Shown: positions 1 to 13,500 of the stretch, one piece after another
Numbering within the stretch: the stretch's first letter is position 1
Layout: each line of letters opens with the position of its first letter
Assembly: GCA_964019425.1 (NCBI GenBank)
Contig: OZ025784.1
Coordinates: 1,240,001-1,304,000 of the forward strand
Source of the DNA: Flectonema sp. DT1601
Taxonomy: Eukaryota
DNA length: 64,000 nucleotides
Direction of reading: 5' to 3'
Program-made: the position numbers and the translations under genes
The notes under the pieces: model-generated
The model's input: only the letters and a program-made list of their open reading frames with translations
What the model was told of the DNA's origin: nothing
The model's database searches: none

Positions 1-209
1 AATAACAATTTTTTTTTTTTTTTTCCATTAATTATGCAACCCCCTTTATAGTATGCTCAGTACGGCAGACCAAAAGAAAACCAAATAATAATTTTTTTAA
101 AAAAAAAAAAATTGCTTGTGCGTAACTGGTACAATATCCTAATAAAGGAATAGGTTAGTTACGCTGCCGCAATTCTCTTTCTACCGAACAATGGGCTTGT
201 AGGTACACA

Positions 210-247
<38 letters not shown>

Positions 248-348
248 CCCATTCTCAGTTTTTATAATGTAACCATGCAAAAACAGACTAAACAATTTGG
301 CTGTACAGCTGCAACATTAAATTCACACATTTTTTTTTTTTCTTTTAA

Positions 349-2068
349 CCCTTTAAGCCCTGAAGGCCACTATAGTGGCCTTTCGCGTTTTTTTTTTTTT
401 GACAAAGGGGAAAAATGTACCTTGTGAGTACAAGGGTGGAGCCAGAGCTGCCCAAAAACGACAAATTTTATGTGGGATCGTGCTGCAAAAATCACCAGCT
501 TTTTCTGAGAAAAAGTTCATTTTTTTTTTTCTGCACTGGGAACAGTCTTAGCCAGGTTGCCCATGACTATCCCATGTTTTCAGCCAAAAATTAAAATCCC
601 TAAAACTATTTCCATCGAAAATGATTCAGTAGGGTCACCTATCCCAGATTCGGGTGCTCCTGAGTCTTCTTCGAGCGATGAAAAGAGTACAATAGAGCCA
701 AGCATTTCCCCTCTGAAATGGAGCAAGAAAATCACCAAGGTAAGACGACACACGTTTCGGCGGTCCTTGCAGGACATGTCAGACCTGAAATTGATGAAGG
801 AACTGCAGAAATTTGAACTTGTGTTCACCCCAAAGGTGATGAGATGATTTCGCACTGCAGCAACAACTAGGCACTCAATCTTAACGTAGCTGAACTCAAA
901 CTCTCTTTAGGACTCAATATCCTCGTGGGTCTCTGTGATAAACCAAATATCTCAGATTACAGGAACGGTACATCAGACCCAGCGTACACACCCCACTTCG
1001 CTTCCTGAGATCGGTTCCTCTAAATTCGAACCAATCTGTAAAACTTTACACTGTCACCAACCCCGTACCTGCTGACAAGCTCTACAAAATCCACAGCTTT
1101 TGGGAAACAATAGTTCCCAAATGGTCCGAGATCAATAAGGCGGAGGCGCAGGGACGGGTGGAGAAGTTCTCTGCCTCGTACTTTCAGTCCTAGCACAATG
1201 TGCATCACATAAATTCAGGGACAATCCAAAAGAAGTACATGTCTTCAGCACATTGCCTCTCGAGGAGAATTATGAGACAGCCACGTGATGGACTAAAATA
1301 AGGAAATCTATCAAAAAGTGACTATCGACTTACCGGTACAGATCCATCAGTACAACAAACTAATGGGTGGTGTTGACCTCGTAGACGGTATCAGGGGGAA
1401 GGCAAGAAGAACTCTGATGACAAAACGCTGGACCCTGAAAGTCTTTCACTACTTGTTAGAGATTTCTATCTTCAATGGTTTCACCCTCCAAAAGAAGTCT
1501 GAAAAAAGACGTCGGGACATATGCTCAGTTCAAAAAGAGGCTATGTTCTCAACTTATTGATCACGGAACACACCAAACTCACACAAAATGTCACTACCTA
1601 CGAAAATTCGGTATTTTTGGGGACTGCAGTTCACGGATTTGTTCTCAAAAAAAGTAAGGTCATCGATTTCTTGTTCAAAAAGCGAGGTTTTCTTATGCAT
1701 GGATCCCTGCTTCGAACAATATCACGAAAATATTGAGAAGTATTCAGCCCCTGTTTGCAACAACCATACCTTTGCTACACACAATCATATCCCACCGAAA
1801 AACATGAAACGGAAGCACTCTACTCCTACAACATTGCCAAAATCAAAGCGAACCCAGGGGTCCTAAGTAACAGTGTTTTTTTAGGCTGTTGTTGCATTTT
1901 CTCAAGTTATTTTGGCCCCCTTGCGGGCTGACCTCAGTTTTTTTTCAATGCGCGGGGGGGTGTCTTTCACCCTGTAATTTTTTTGTATTTTTCCCCACAC
2001 CCCTTTTCCCCTTTGTCAAATTTTTCGATTTTTCTCAAAAACAGGGTTTTTGGCCTCTTATTAGAGGG
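349..2068 (+). mobile_element. Decayed, internally deleted piggyBac-like DNA transposon
   Basis: TTAA at 345-348 and 2069-2072. Ends CCCTTTAA... / ...TTAGAGGG (short imperfect TIR). Transposase remnants in several frames: LGLNILVGLCDKPNISDY (~905-960), DKLYKI (~1075), YNKLMGGVDLVD...KRWTLKVFHYLLEISIFN (1318-1560) and C-terminal Cys-rich CSKSEVFLCMDPCFEQYH (1588-1866). Confidence 0.88.
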
Positions 2069-3294
2069 TTAATGTCAAAAACTGAAATCCGTTTAAACCG
2101 TGAAAGGCTACTAAAGGATCCCAAGGAGCTGTATTTACCGTGGTGCTTTTGCAATGAGTTTCGGAAAACAAACCAAGAATAAACACACCACAAACCTTTT
2201 TGTTTTGTTTTGTTTTGTTTTCTTTCAAAAACTCCGACACCTCAGAGCTAAAAGCAATCGCGAAAATTAAGCCTTGAACGAAACTGACTGGGTCTGCGAT
2301 GGGACAAAAAAAAAAAAAAAAAAAAAAAAAAAACGCTCGTGCTTACGACCGCAAGCCATACGTAACCTATCAATACGTAGTAACCATAACGAACACAAAC
2401 CATATTTAAAAAAAAAAATTGAATTAAAAATACACCAATGTGGCGCTTATTTGTTTTTGTTTTTTTTTTGTTTTTATGAGAGAAAACGTAACCATACACA
2501 GGTCTTTTGTGGTGTCAACATTCCGTCTCTATTGCTTTGCTTTAGATAAATTAAAGAACAGAGAAGAACAAAACACGAAGTTGTTTTAGCATCCAAGCTC
2601 TTTTTTAAACCAAAGTTATCCCTAAAGGCTTTGTGAAAGCCCTATTAATATAAATTGAGTGTGTTTCGAGGGGTAACTAATTGCGTGAGAGGAGGGTGGG
2701 GGGGGGTTAACACATTACTCGCAGAAAGGGGACAGCTTATGAAAAATATTTGCATTGCAGCTAATAAAAAGTACGTGAAAGTAAATGTGAAAAAAGCAAA
2801 ATCAGCACTCACATCATGCATAAAAACTTTCATAAAAGGAAATCAAAATATAAAACAGACTTGCGTTGCAGGGGGGACAGCAGCCTCACAGAGGCCGACA
2901 AATAACAACACGGGATAAGCTCCGACAGTTTACCTCGTGTGTATCTCTGAAAAGAAATCAAACAAAAGGAGTAAAATTCTTTTTTAGAATTGTCTTCCCC
3001 ACAGCTGATTCAAAAGCAGGAGGCCAGTATCCAAAACATGAGTAACTGTAAGAAACAACTACTCACACTACAGAGATCTCCTCGTAGTGATTATTTGAGA
3101 TTAAGGAAAGGAGGACAGCTACCCACTAGTCATTATTATTAATATAATTATTGTTATATTCGTAAAAAAAAGGAGAATTCTCCGTTGCCTACATAAAAAA
3201 AAGAGAGATTTTCTTTTTTGGTACCAACCAACGACAACGTTAAGTCAGCATTGAAAGTCTTTATTACAAAACATTTACGAGCTTAGATCCTTTT

Positions 3295-5841
3295 TCAGGT
3301 CTTGGAAACTCCTAAATATCTGTCAGGAGGAGTGAGGTGTTTGGCTTTCTTATATGAGTCTGCCATAATGTTTTTTAATATAGTTGGTATAGCTGTCCAG
3401 TTAGCTTGTGGTAGCAACAAGTCGAGTGGTATCGAGACCGCTCTCATAATTCTGAGAACATTCCAAAAAGTTGTTGGATTCGTTTCTAACAACATTTCCG
3501 AAGCAGGTATTCTCTGTCTAATCAAACTTTCAACTTCTCTTACTAACTGACACTCAGAAAGGTAATTAACTCGAATAGGCCAACACGCTGGAACTCCATC
3601 GTTAACCAACGCTCTTGCGAACACTGAAAAGTGAGGAACAACTGATGATTGACATCCCTTACAGGTAACAGTTATCCCACTCGAGGAACTGATATCCTCT
3701 TCTGTTATTTGAATAGAACAACTAATACAAGGGATCGATGTATTAAATGAAAAGGTTGTAACAGAATCGTTTGCCTGTACAGCAATAGTACCATAATCGT
3801 TAACAAAGATAACAGGTGATAAGTTTGAAAGGTTTGTTACACTTCCCGGAGTGACATTTGGTGAACTCTCGCCAGAAATTGTCGATTCACTTGTTAAATC
3901 AACAACAGGTGTACATGTTCTAGGACTAGCACTCATACCACATGATGACATATCTTCAAGTCCAACACCAAGGGATTTCTTATGTGAATTCTTTCTCTTT
4001 CTTTGCCACCATTTTCCTTTCCATCTGGAGTCAGCTCTGCATTGAATCGCAACCAACGATCTCAACGACGTCAATAACTGCTTCCATGATTCTGATGCCT
4101 GCAGAGTACTACCATGACCTGGTGATGAGTACCTCCTCACTGGAATACTTGGCATTGATAAATTCGGAAAGGTATTATAGATCTCATTAGTGTTAATGTT
4201 TATATTATGCATCTCTGAGTACAACACAGGTCCAGGATCAACAGAAGTTCGATTGGGTGTTTGCAACATGTAAATCGGCATATCCACCTCTCGAAGTAAT
4301 GCAGAGCTGCCTACTTTAAGAGTTTGTAGGAAGTTTCCTTTAACAGTTGTTACCATTTTTCTAATTGATGAGGGTGACTGTTGTTGCACTCTGACTGCTA
4401 TTCCATTAAAGTGTTCAAGTGCTGGACTTGTTCTTTGAAGAAGTGATCGGAATAGCTGTGTGTCAGAGAAGTCTTCAAAGAACCTACTCGAGGAAATTGA
4501 TTGAAATTTTACTATATAATTATTCACCAGTTCAAACCCGTCGTCTGACACTCCAAAGTCATCTCCATCTTCCAACTGACAGGCTGAAAGTAAACCAGAA
4601 TAAAGCTGAAGTAGTGCTTCAAAAAATACTTTTTGAATTTCAGTTTTAGGAAACGAGTGATGAGTTCCAGGAAGAAGCCGTTCTCCTTTCTTACGGAGCT
4701 TCGCTGCAATTGGGTTTGCGATAACACTATAAGGTCTAAGCAAAACAGTTAATTTATTAGTAAGAGTCTTCACAACAGCACTTGGTAGAACACCCTGACA
4801 AGGAACTGTAATCGCTTGGTCAGAAAGACGAACAACAACAGCGTCATCGGTTGGTATCTTTGAAAATATACCATCGTCTTTAGAAGTAGTTACTATCCCC
4901 AACAAGTACGGTACAGGTGCACATAATATCTCGCGAAACCTATTCCAATCTGGGAGTAGGGGAATGAACACGTGATGCCATTCAAATGGAAATATCAATT
5001 TGGTAATAGCCATAACAACAGAACTGACAACCATCGCGCTGTTTGGAAGAGTCTTGTCAGCGCATACTATGATTTTACGTTCTAGTAAAACACTAGTGAA
5101 AAGTAGAATAATTGATTCTAATGACATCCACTCAAACAGATGATGCAACGGACAATCAAAGAACGGAAGACACTCTCTTTCATCAGGGGAAGCAATCCTG
5201 TATGACCTCGGACCTAAGGGAATTGATAACCAAACGTTATTTGATGGAATTGGTATTTGATGAAACCAAGACAGTAACACTTCTATTGAACATGGTCGAG
5301 TATGATCACCAATCATGCGATACAAATGAAGTAGAAACTGCTCCATCAAAAGGAGATAGGGAAATTTTGAGAATAAAACTAAAGCTCGAGTAGCAGCGAG
5401 TTTGATTACTGATCGACGTACTTTAACTTCTGTGGTTGAATGGGTTCCTATTGAATTCCAAACATATTGATGCTCTGATGGTGCTACAGAATCAAAAAAC
5501 TGAAGAGCAACAGCGTAAAGTCTGCTTCCATCCCTCGCAGTGATGACCGTCGAAAACAGAGTTGGTTTTTCTTTTTGAACGTCCCATGTTCGTGATGAAT
5601 AACCTTGTTCTTTCATACTCACACCATGAGGCATGCATACTTTTTCACATAACACGGGAGGTACGAATCCTTTTGGGTACACCTGTTCCATTTGGGGTTC
5701 AAATTTTATTTTTTGCAATAAATCCGAATCTCCGTTTTTACGTTCTTTCTCATCAACATGTTTCTCAGTGTGCAATATCCATCCATCTTGTGACCCAGTA
5801 CCTCCACCAACTACTACGAAACCATCATACATGTGATCCAT
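3295..5841 (-). CDS. DENN-domain protein (Rab GEF family), DENND4-like C-terminal Cys motif
   Basis: 848 aa ORF. uDENN-like CMPHG and FSTVITARDGSRLY; cDENN-like LLERKII...FPFEWHHVFIPLLP...APVPYLLG; dDENN-like FSDTQLF; C-terminal CxxC...CxxC...VNYLS...FWN. Confidence 0.88.
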   Translation of the reverse strand: MDHMYDGFVVVGGGTGSQDGWILHTEKHVDEKERKNGDSDLLQKIKFEPQMEQVYPKGFVPPVLCEKVCMPHGVSMKEQGYSSRTWDVQKEKPTLFSTVITARDGSRLYAVALQFFDSVAPSEHQYVWNSIGTHSTTEVKVRRSVIKLAATRALVLFSKFPYLLLMEQFLLHLYRMIGDHTRPCSIEVLLSWFHQIPIPSNNVWLSIPLGPRSYRIASPDERECLPFFDCPLHHLFEWMSLESIILLFTSVLLERKIIVCADKTLPNSAMVVSSVVMAITKLIFPFEWHHVFIPLLPDWNRFREILCAPVPYLLGIVTTSKDDGIFSKIPTDDAVVVRLSDQAITVPCQGVLPSAVVKTLTNKLTVLLRPYSVIANPIAAKLRKKGERLLPGTHHSFPKTEIQKVFFEALLQLYSGLLSACQLEDGDDFGVSDDGFELVNNYIVKFQSISSSRFFEDFSDTQLFRSLLQRTSPALEHFNGIAVRVQQQSPSSIRKMVTTVKGNFLQTLKVGSSALLREVDMPIYMLQTPNRTSVDPGPVLYSEMHNININTNEIYNTFPNLSMPSIPVRRYSSPGHGSTLQASESWKQLLTSLRSLVAIQCRADSRWKGKWWQRKRKNSHKKSLGVGLEDMSSCGMSASPRTCTPVVDLTSESTISGESSPNVTPGSVTNLSNLSPVIFVNDYGTIAVQANDSVTTFSFNTSIPCISCSIQITEEDISSSSGITVTCKGCQSSVVPHFSVFARALVNDGVPACWPIRVNYLSECQLVREVESLIRQRIPASEMLLETNPTTFWNVLRIMRAVSIPLDLLLPQANWTAIPTILKNIMADSYKKAKHLTPPDRYLGVSKT

Positions 5842-7250
5842 TTATTGATGCTTTCACCTCATCACTCTCTTTTTATAATTTATACTTAAACGGTTCTGAG
5901 GAAGGGGGTTGTCTGTGTGGGGGAGGAGTTAATTGGTGCAATAACACAGTTTATGAAGATTTGATGAACATGTATTTTAGTTGAGTAGCATGACATAAAC
6001 ACGTTAACCTATTAAAAAAGAAAAGGAAAAAAATTAAACTTTTTTAAACACAGGTAATGTTTTTTACTGCGAAGGTAGTTGTTTTTTTTTTTTTTGTTTT
6101 TTCCCATCTTTTTTCCTTCGCTATTTTTTTTTTTTGTTTTTTTTTCCCTTACATCTTTTGTTTGTTTTGTTTGTTTTTTTTTTTTCCAATCATTATATCT
6201 GAGGTGGGCCAGTGGCACCAAAAGAAATTCAACAGACGTACGATATTTTTTTATTTAAAAAAAAAAAAAAAAAAATTAAAAAAAAGATACAAGGGCCGTA
6301 TGGCAACCCTAGTAGTTATATTGTGCGGAACGAATTACTTATTTTACATTTTTCTTTGTGTGGTCTGTTTGCTTGTTTAGACGAGACAAAAATGGGAACA
6401 TGCTTCTATGAAGCAGAAGCGAAAAGCACTGTAAAAAAAGGAAGCCTCACTTTTTTTTTTCGTTTTTTTTTTTCTTCTATCTCATGCTGCATGCATGTAA
6501 CTGTGCTTCGCGATAAAACATGTCTCCTTCCCTATGTAGACAAGTCACAATGACCTTTTTTTTTTTTCAACAGTGAATGCCTAACAAAGAAGAAATCCGT
6601 TTTTTTTTTTTTTTTTTTCTATTCTTTTTTTGTTTGTAGTTCAATATCCCTACATAAAAGATTCGTCCAAAAAAAATTTTTTTTTAAAAAAAATAAGTAG
6701 GAAAAAACGAAACAATACAACCAAGGAATTCAATTATGCAAAAAAAATACCAGTTACCTTTAATAAAGAAAAAAACGATATGCGATTGGAAAAAAACAAA
6801 GTCAGCTAAATAACTTATACTTCTTCTTCTTCTTTTTATTTTTTTTTCTATTTTGTGCACAGATAAACATAATCCAGATAGCTGAGGGACAGACAAAAAA
6901 AAAAAAAAAAGACTCATGTGCAAAGCAAAGAAAAAATACTGTTTTTCCCTAATTTTTTTTTTGGGGGGAAAATCGCTTTTCCCAAAATACAAAAAAAATT
7001 CCGAAACATTCGACTTCACAAGTTACTATCTATTTGGAATCGAGTAGAGATTTTTTTTCCCCTTCATGGTCTTTCCTTTATAAAACCACTCATATGAGTA
7101 CTTATATTTTGTTTCGCAGACGGTAATAAACCGACAACAACACAGGGAAAAATAGATAACATTTTGACATAATAAAAAAAACGGTTCTTAATCCGAATGG
7201 TTTCTGCAAAAACGAAAAAAAAAGAAAACACAAGAACAGAAAAAATCGGT

Positions 7251-7286
<36 letters not shown>

Positions 7287-7961
7287 CAGCGGGTCCTACA
7301 TGTGGGCAGATCTTCTTTAAAACAAGATAAGAATAATAGCAGGATGACCGTCTACGTGCTCGCAAGGTGGTGTGTGGGATACATACAATGCGACTAAGTA
7401 TTAAAAGGGGAGAAGAAACAAAAAGAAAAAAAAAAACACAAATCAGAAAATGAGTCTGTCTACTCCACGATGCGCATAACTTCAATCCGGAGTCGTGAAC
7501 GAAGAGCAGCACACGAAAACACGCATGGGAAATGAATGGAGTGGGAAATAGGCGGAGAAATTCCTGCTTTTTTATCTGCACAACTGAACGCATTTTTCAA
7601 GAATAAGAAATTGGAGAAAAAGGACGGGAAACTGTGAAACTCAACGGTTTTCCCCCCCCTCCCTTACTCTCAGTTTCTCTGTTTCCTCCTTTTATTTTTT
7701 CCCAACACCTTTTTTTTTTTTTTCACAACGAAGAGAGCAACTCGTTTCATAAACATGTAGAAACCTTAATTGATGTTCATATAAAAAAAAAAGAGTAAAA
7801 AAAAAATGAAATGAAATAACATATTCCTTGAACATATGGATGGCGACGACAATCCATTTCTTCCTCACTTACTACTGAGGAGCTGAGTGCGCTACTAAAT
7901 AGCGTCTATGAATAATAACATAAATCAAATAGCTGTGAGGCTTCACTTAACTGTGCCATGC

Positions 7962-8511
7962 TTACTGTCCTAACTCAACTAAATCATTAACAACTTTTGT
8001 GAAACGGGCACTGTTATTATTATTATTTATTTATTTTATAAAAAAAATTAAAAAAAAAAGAAACCGAGACAACATAAATACATACCGATGGTATTTTCTA
8101 AACATTGGTAACGTAACGTACCCGTGATGGTGTAGGTCTAATTCGTTGAATGTCGCTTCTATCTCTGCCTCAGCCTCATGGGGAAGAGTTTTGTTTCTCC
8201 CACGTTGTTCGTTAAATTTCGTAGTCATCAACCATCGCTGAAGATCATTTTTCATAATTTTATTGTTTCTGGCGATGTTTTTAAACACAGCTGCGGTTTC
8301 TCTCATGAACTCATTCTCGTCCCATTCACTGAGAAGTTGTTCGGAAGGCTGTTTTTTTTTTTTTTTTAATTATAACTCTCTCATTATATCTCTCGCATGT
8401 ACGAAACATGCGTGAACTACAGTTTGATTTCTCAACTCGATAACGTTACACAAAACACACCTTTTCCGGTGAATCAAAGTCAACGCATCCTTCACAGCAT
8501 CGGATTTCCAT
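7962..8511 (-). CDS. Small intron-containing EF-hand-like protein
   Basis: Exons 8511-8461, 8348-8086 and 8010-7962 join in frame across GT-AG introns (MEIRCCEGCVDFDSPEK|PSEQLL...FNELDLHHHGYVTLPMF...). A possible fourth exon lies near 7905-7800. Confidence 0.6.
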
Positions 8512-8869
8512 AATTAGTTTCTTTTTTTTTTGTTCTTTTCGGTTCCCCTTTTAGATAGAATATGTGATTGTTATATAAAAAAAATAAACAAAAGAAAAAC
8601 TCTGTTTAAATCGCATTGTTGTTATTGATCTCTCCCTTTGTTTTTATGATTTCCTGTTTTTTTAAAGAGGAAATATTATCAAAAAGAAGAAAAATAGTAA
8701 ATAAAATAAAAGATTCTGACTTTAAAAAAAAAAGGTGTCGATCCTTGTGTTCCATTGGTGGAATAGTTGATTTCGATGTTCTTTTTTTTTTTTTTTTTTT
8801 TTATCTCTTTTTTTTTTCTTTTGATTTTATCAACGTGAATGAGAGGAGATTTAAGTCTCGATCGCGAAT

Positions 8870-8900
<31 letters not shown>

Positions 8901-10020
8901 CAAAAAAAAAAAAAAAAAAAAAAAAAAAGAAGATTAACAGTGTCTAACAAAACTCCAATAAACATTATCTTCACAAAACAAGTGAAACTAGTTGAAGGAA
9001 TGGACGCACCCTATCAATTACAACATCGCCTGACGAACAGATGATAAATATATTTTTAAGGCATTTAAAAAAACTACCAATTAGTGTATAGTAATGGCAG
9101 AATGATTCCTGTTCTTTTTTTTTTTTTTTTCCCTTTGGAAATTTATCTTTTTAAAAAAAAAAAAAAAAACGAACATCAAAACAAAAACAAACCATAACAA
9201 AAAAAAAACAAAAATCAAAATAGCCCAACAAAAACTTTTTTTTAAAAATAAATAAATAAAATAAATAAATAAAAATAATCAGTGACAGTTCACAAAGATA
9301 CCCCTCAACGGTATTTTAGTTATCAGAACAATCCAATAAAAAATAATAAACAACAAATCACACGATTGTATTAATTTACTCTTCCTGAAAGTAATCAACA
9401 GTATCTCCAATGGATAAATACCAATTTTTACGTGAATGTTTTTTTTTTTTTTTTTTTTTTGTTGAAATACATAATATCTAAGACGATACAAATAGAGAAC
9501 AGTTTTTTTTTTTTTTACAACAATTCCCCGAGGAGGGTGAAACTTTTGACAATGTAAAAAAAAATAGTAACAACTTTTAGGATATTAAAAAATAAAATTT
9601 AATATCAAAAGCTCTTGACTGAAAAAAAAATATATTCGTAGTTGGTAATCAAAGAAAAAGGAACGTTTAGGAAAAAGGGTGTCAAATAGAGAAGGGTTTT
9701 TTTTACAACAATTCTCAAGGCGGCAAGAAAATTCTGTAGTTCGCAGCCAAAGAATGACAATAATAACAGGTTGCTGACATGTAATCGGCAAGCGGACATT
9801 TAATTTTTCACCAAAAAAGGGAAGCTGAGAAGAAAAAAAAAAAAAGGCAAGGCACAAAGAAAACATGAATCATAATCTGGCATACGGGGAACACACAATC
9901 GCAAGACTCTCTCAGGCGGCTGTGTAAGTAACAAGGTGATGCACGCAAAGCAATCTGTTTGTTCTGTTCAGTAACTGAACGCAAATTGCTTATATCAAAA
10001 TATGAACTTATTATTTTTCT

Positions 10021-10052
<32 letters not shown>

Positions 10053-10535
10053 CAATTACGTAGCAAAGATTGCATTGTAGTGACGAGGAAAGAGAAAACT
10101 TTGTCTCAAAGAAGGAAAAAAAAAAAAAAAAAAAAAAACTGGGAAACACTAACAAAAAACCCAAACTGTGACCAATTAGCAACAACAATGGCTGTGCTTT
10201 AACCAAATAAAGAAGAAAGGAATTCCAACAAGAAATGGAAATAAGGAATTAGACTTAGTGACAACAACCTACCAGATTGATGACTGTGGGAAAGAGAAAC
10301 TTGTCCTAAAAGGAGACTGGGGTGAACGTGAACATTAAGAATTTAATCAAAGTTTCAGCTAAGAAATCATTAATAATAAAGTTATGTTTTGGGGGACTTG
10401 GATAAATAAATCAAGGTTAACATGCAACAAATTAGACATGAATCATTATAACTGGATTCTGTCTTTGGGGGAGGGGGTGGCCATCTCCGAGCTAACTGAG
10501 AGATTTTCATCCCATCAGTCACCGCGTACGGCAGA

Positions 10536-13500
10536 TTACAACATCCTATCCCGAAGGAACTCAGAAATTTTCATCTTATTCATCACTGCAGGTATCGCAT
10601 GAACAATAAGGAGTGTGAAGATCACTCCAAGTAAAATCGATTCAACCCATAATCCCTTGCTATGTTCTGAAGAGTGAACTACAGCTGCAGACAATACGAG
10701 TAGACCTATCTCAAATCCAATTAAAGAATAGTTCAACACAGATGAACATATCGAAGGATAAGATCCTCTATACCAGTTTTGAATATTGATAATTACCAAC
10801 ACTGTGACAGTAGATGATGTTCCCGCTACTATTGAAATGTTGTAGTCTGATTTGACAGCAACAGTTGAAGTGATGATCGATGTTGCCACGACCAATACCA
10901 AAAACCCAACAAACCCTTGACGAGACAACAACATCGATAATATTGCTATCGCAGAAGACGCGATGATGCTGTACTTCGCATCCATTGAAAACCAATAAAA
11001 CAGAACTCCACAAATTGACAACAACATCAACAACGATACGATTGATCCGTACCTCTTAACTCCGTCAATTCTCACCAACGATGTGTAGATCCCAATTGAG
11101 ACACAACACAATAAATAACATAAAGAACAGCAGAATAAGTCCTTGCTACTAACCTCAGCAGAGATGCTCACTGCAACAATGAGCAAGTAGTACCCTGCTG
11201 TTGTCATTGCTATGGTTGTGAGTATAGCGCGGCGATGTGGAAGCCATTCCTTAGGACAGAACGCAGTGAATATCATAGCGATAAGCATAACTGGTAGTGA
11301 AACCAATGCAAATAGATATCTTGACCAGACTTCAATATCTGCTACAAACACATTCGATGATAACAATCCAAATGAAAGCGAAACAATTAAAAAAATTGTA
11401 AAAAGTGGATATGTCGGGAATCGAACCTCGGCATTCGGTTCCTTCCATGCCGGTGTTGTTGATAATAGAGATTGTTGGTTGTGTTGTTTAGATTGACGGT
11501 GGACTGGTGTGTACTCAATTTTCGTAATTATCAGAAAACCTCTCAACTCATCATAAGGTTTTTGTATATCGTGAAGTATTGTTTCACCATCATTCATTAT
11601 TTCAATTACCATCCAAGCAGCTGTGCTGTACGTGGCAAAATAAGACGTCGGTATTGACACCTGTCTCCCTGCAACTTGGAAATTCAAGTCAGCATTTCGT
11701 ATTGTCACGACAAACTTATATAAACGCATTGCCTCAACACCTGTGATGTGTCTCTTACAACAAGAAACACCAATACTATCTAACGGGTTGCTCTGTTGTG
11801 AACCACACGTTGCGTTACTAATCCTCACTGTGAGAGTTCCTATTTGAGATGATTCACCTTGTTCAGACAACATGATAGCATCTAAACAAATAGGTAGAAA
11901 ACCAACACAGAAAACGACAACGCCTAACGTAGTACACCTCACTACAGCTCTGTATAAAGACTGAGTAGGATAAATATAACAACAAAGTCCCAACAATATA
12001 AACAAGAATAGCACATAGTGACTTCTTATATTACCGATAGACCAAGTTGATATGCTGTGGTAGGCATGGGTTTTACCAAAATTGAAAACTGAAGGTGTTC
12101 GGATAATGATATTTCTATTGTCAGAAATAGCTGATGATGATACTAACTTATGAGGAGTGTCAATTGTTGATGTTGATGTTGATTGTTTTGGTTTTTCAGA
12201 AAGACAAAATTCATCAGATACTAAGTTAACTCCACCCATGTTGAGATGAATATTCGACGGATCACTACTAGTTCGTAGAACCGACGGCGTGACTTGTGAT
12301 GGCGACAACACTAATATATCATCATCTTCAATCACTCTTGAATTACTCTCATGATATAATCTATGAAAGGACATATCCATCTGCTCAATTGGATCTAATT
12401 TTGATTCAGTAGTTGGTGCATATTTCACTGATCTGTCTTGTTCTAAATAATCAATTCCAGTTGTTCTACTGCTTGTTAAACTCTTCTTAGTAGTTGTTTC
12501 AGAATTTGTTTCTGATGATGATAATGTTGAAGAAGGTTTTGATGACAATAAAACATCCATTGACCTACGAGATGACAAGTCCCTGACGAAATCAGACAAC
12601 GACAACAGTCTCATTATTATTATCAACAGCGTTGGAATGATGAAATCCCAACTCTCAGAAATAGATTGATCGCTTTCAACTGGAATGATTGTTTTGCTTA
12701 TTACAGCTGAGTGTCTGTAGTATGATCTGTCACTTACCGATCCCGATACTGCAAAAATAGCAATTGTTCGTTGATGAGAAGAAGCAGTTCGAATCTTAAC
12801 AACAGTGTTTGCAGAACCATTACTCAAAAGTTCAGCATGATGGCGAAGTGATAGAGGTCGACATTCTCCAGGCAGCATCAATTCAAAAATTGATGTCTCG
12901 ATTTCGATTGAATCAGTTGCCTCTAACCACCTTCCTGGAATACCACCGTACTCTTTAACGACTAATCTACATGGTGAGGGAAGTAGATATTCCTTTGGAA
13001 TAGTTATTATTATATTTTTATTATTTGATATGATTAGTTTCGAAATTGGTTTTTCATTCAGATCATAAAGCGATTGGAGTTCCCGTTCGTCTAATTCAAT
13101 AAACTGAAATTGATTATTCACAATAAAATTTAGCATCGAACCGGAATAGTTATATTCAAAATTAATTTTTGAAAGTGACTGTGAAATTCCGATCAAAGAT
13201 GACATTGCTTGATTTGCATCAGTAGATGAGAGGTCACGTAGACTTGAAAGCGTTAAATCAAAAGTTCTTGATAGCAATATTGCATCTGCAGCACCATCAA
13301 CTACATTGAACATATCACTCAACAAAGACGTTGTTATTTGAAACAAAGACGGTGAAATATTTTCATTAATTCCATCAGAAATTAAACTACTCATCTCAGC
13401 AACCGTCCTGTTCAGCAATGACGGAATCACTCGAATTGAAGTGGTGTTAGCCCACAGCCATTCATTCGTACCCTTTGCTTGAACAGCTTTTGTTATAAGA

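Noticed and set aside
3066..3095. CTCCTCGT resembling an HDV L3 loop
   Set aside because: P3, P1 and P1.1 pairings cannot be formed; only a simple CACTAC/GTAGTG hairpin.
5990..10210. Many Phe/Lys-rich short ORFs here and at 17.6-19, 26-28 and 63.6 kb
   Set aside because: Translation of poly(A)/poly(T) intergenic tracts; no protein-like composition.
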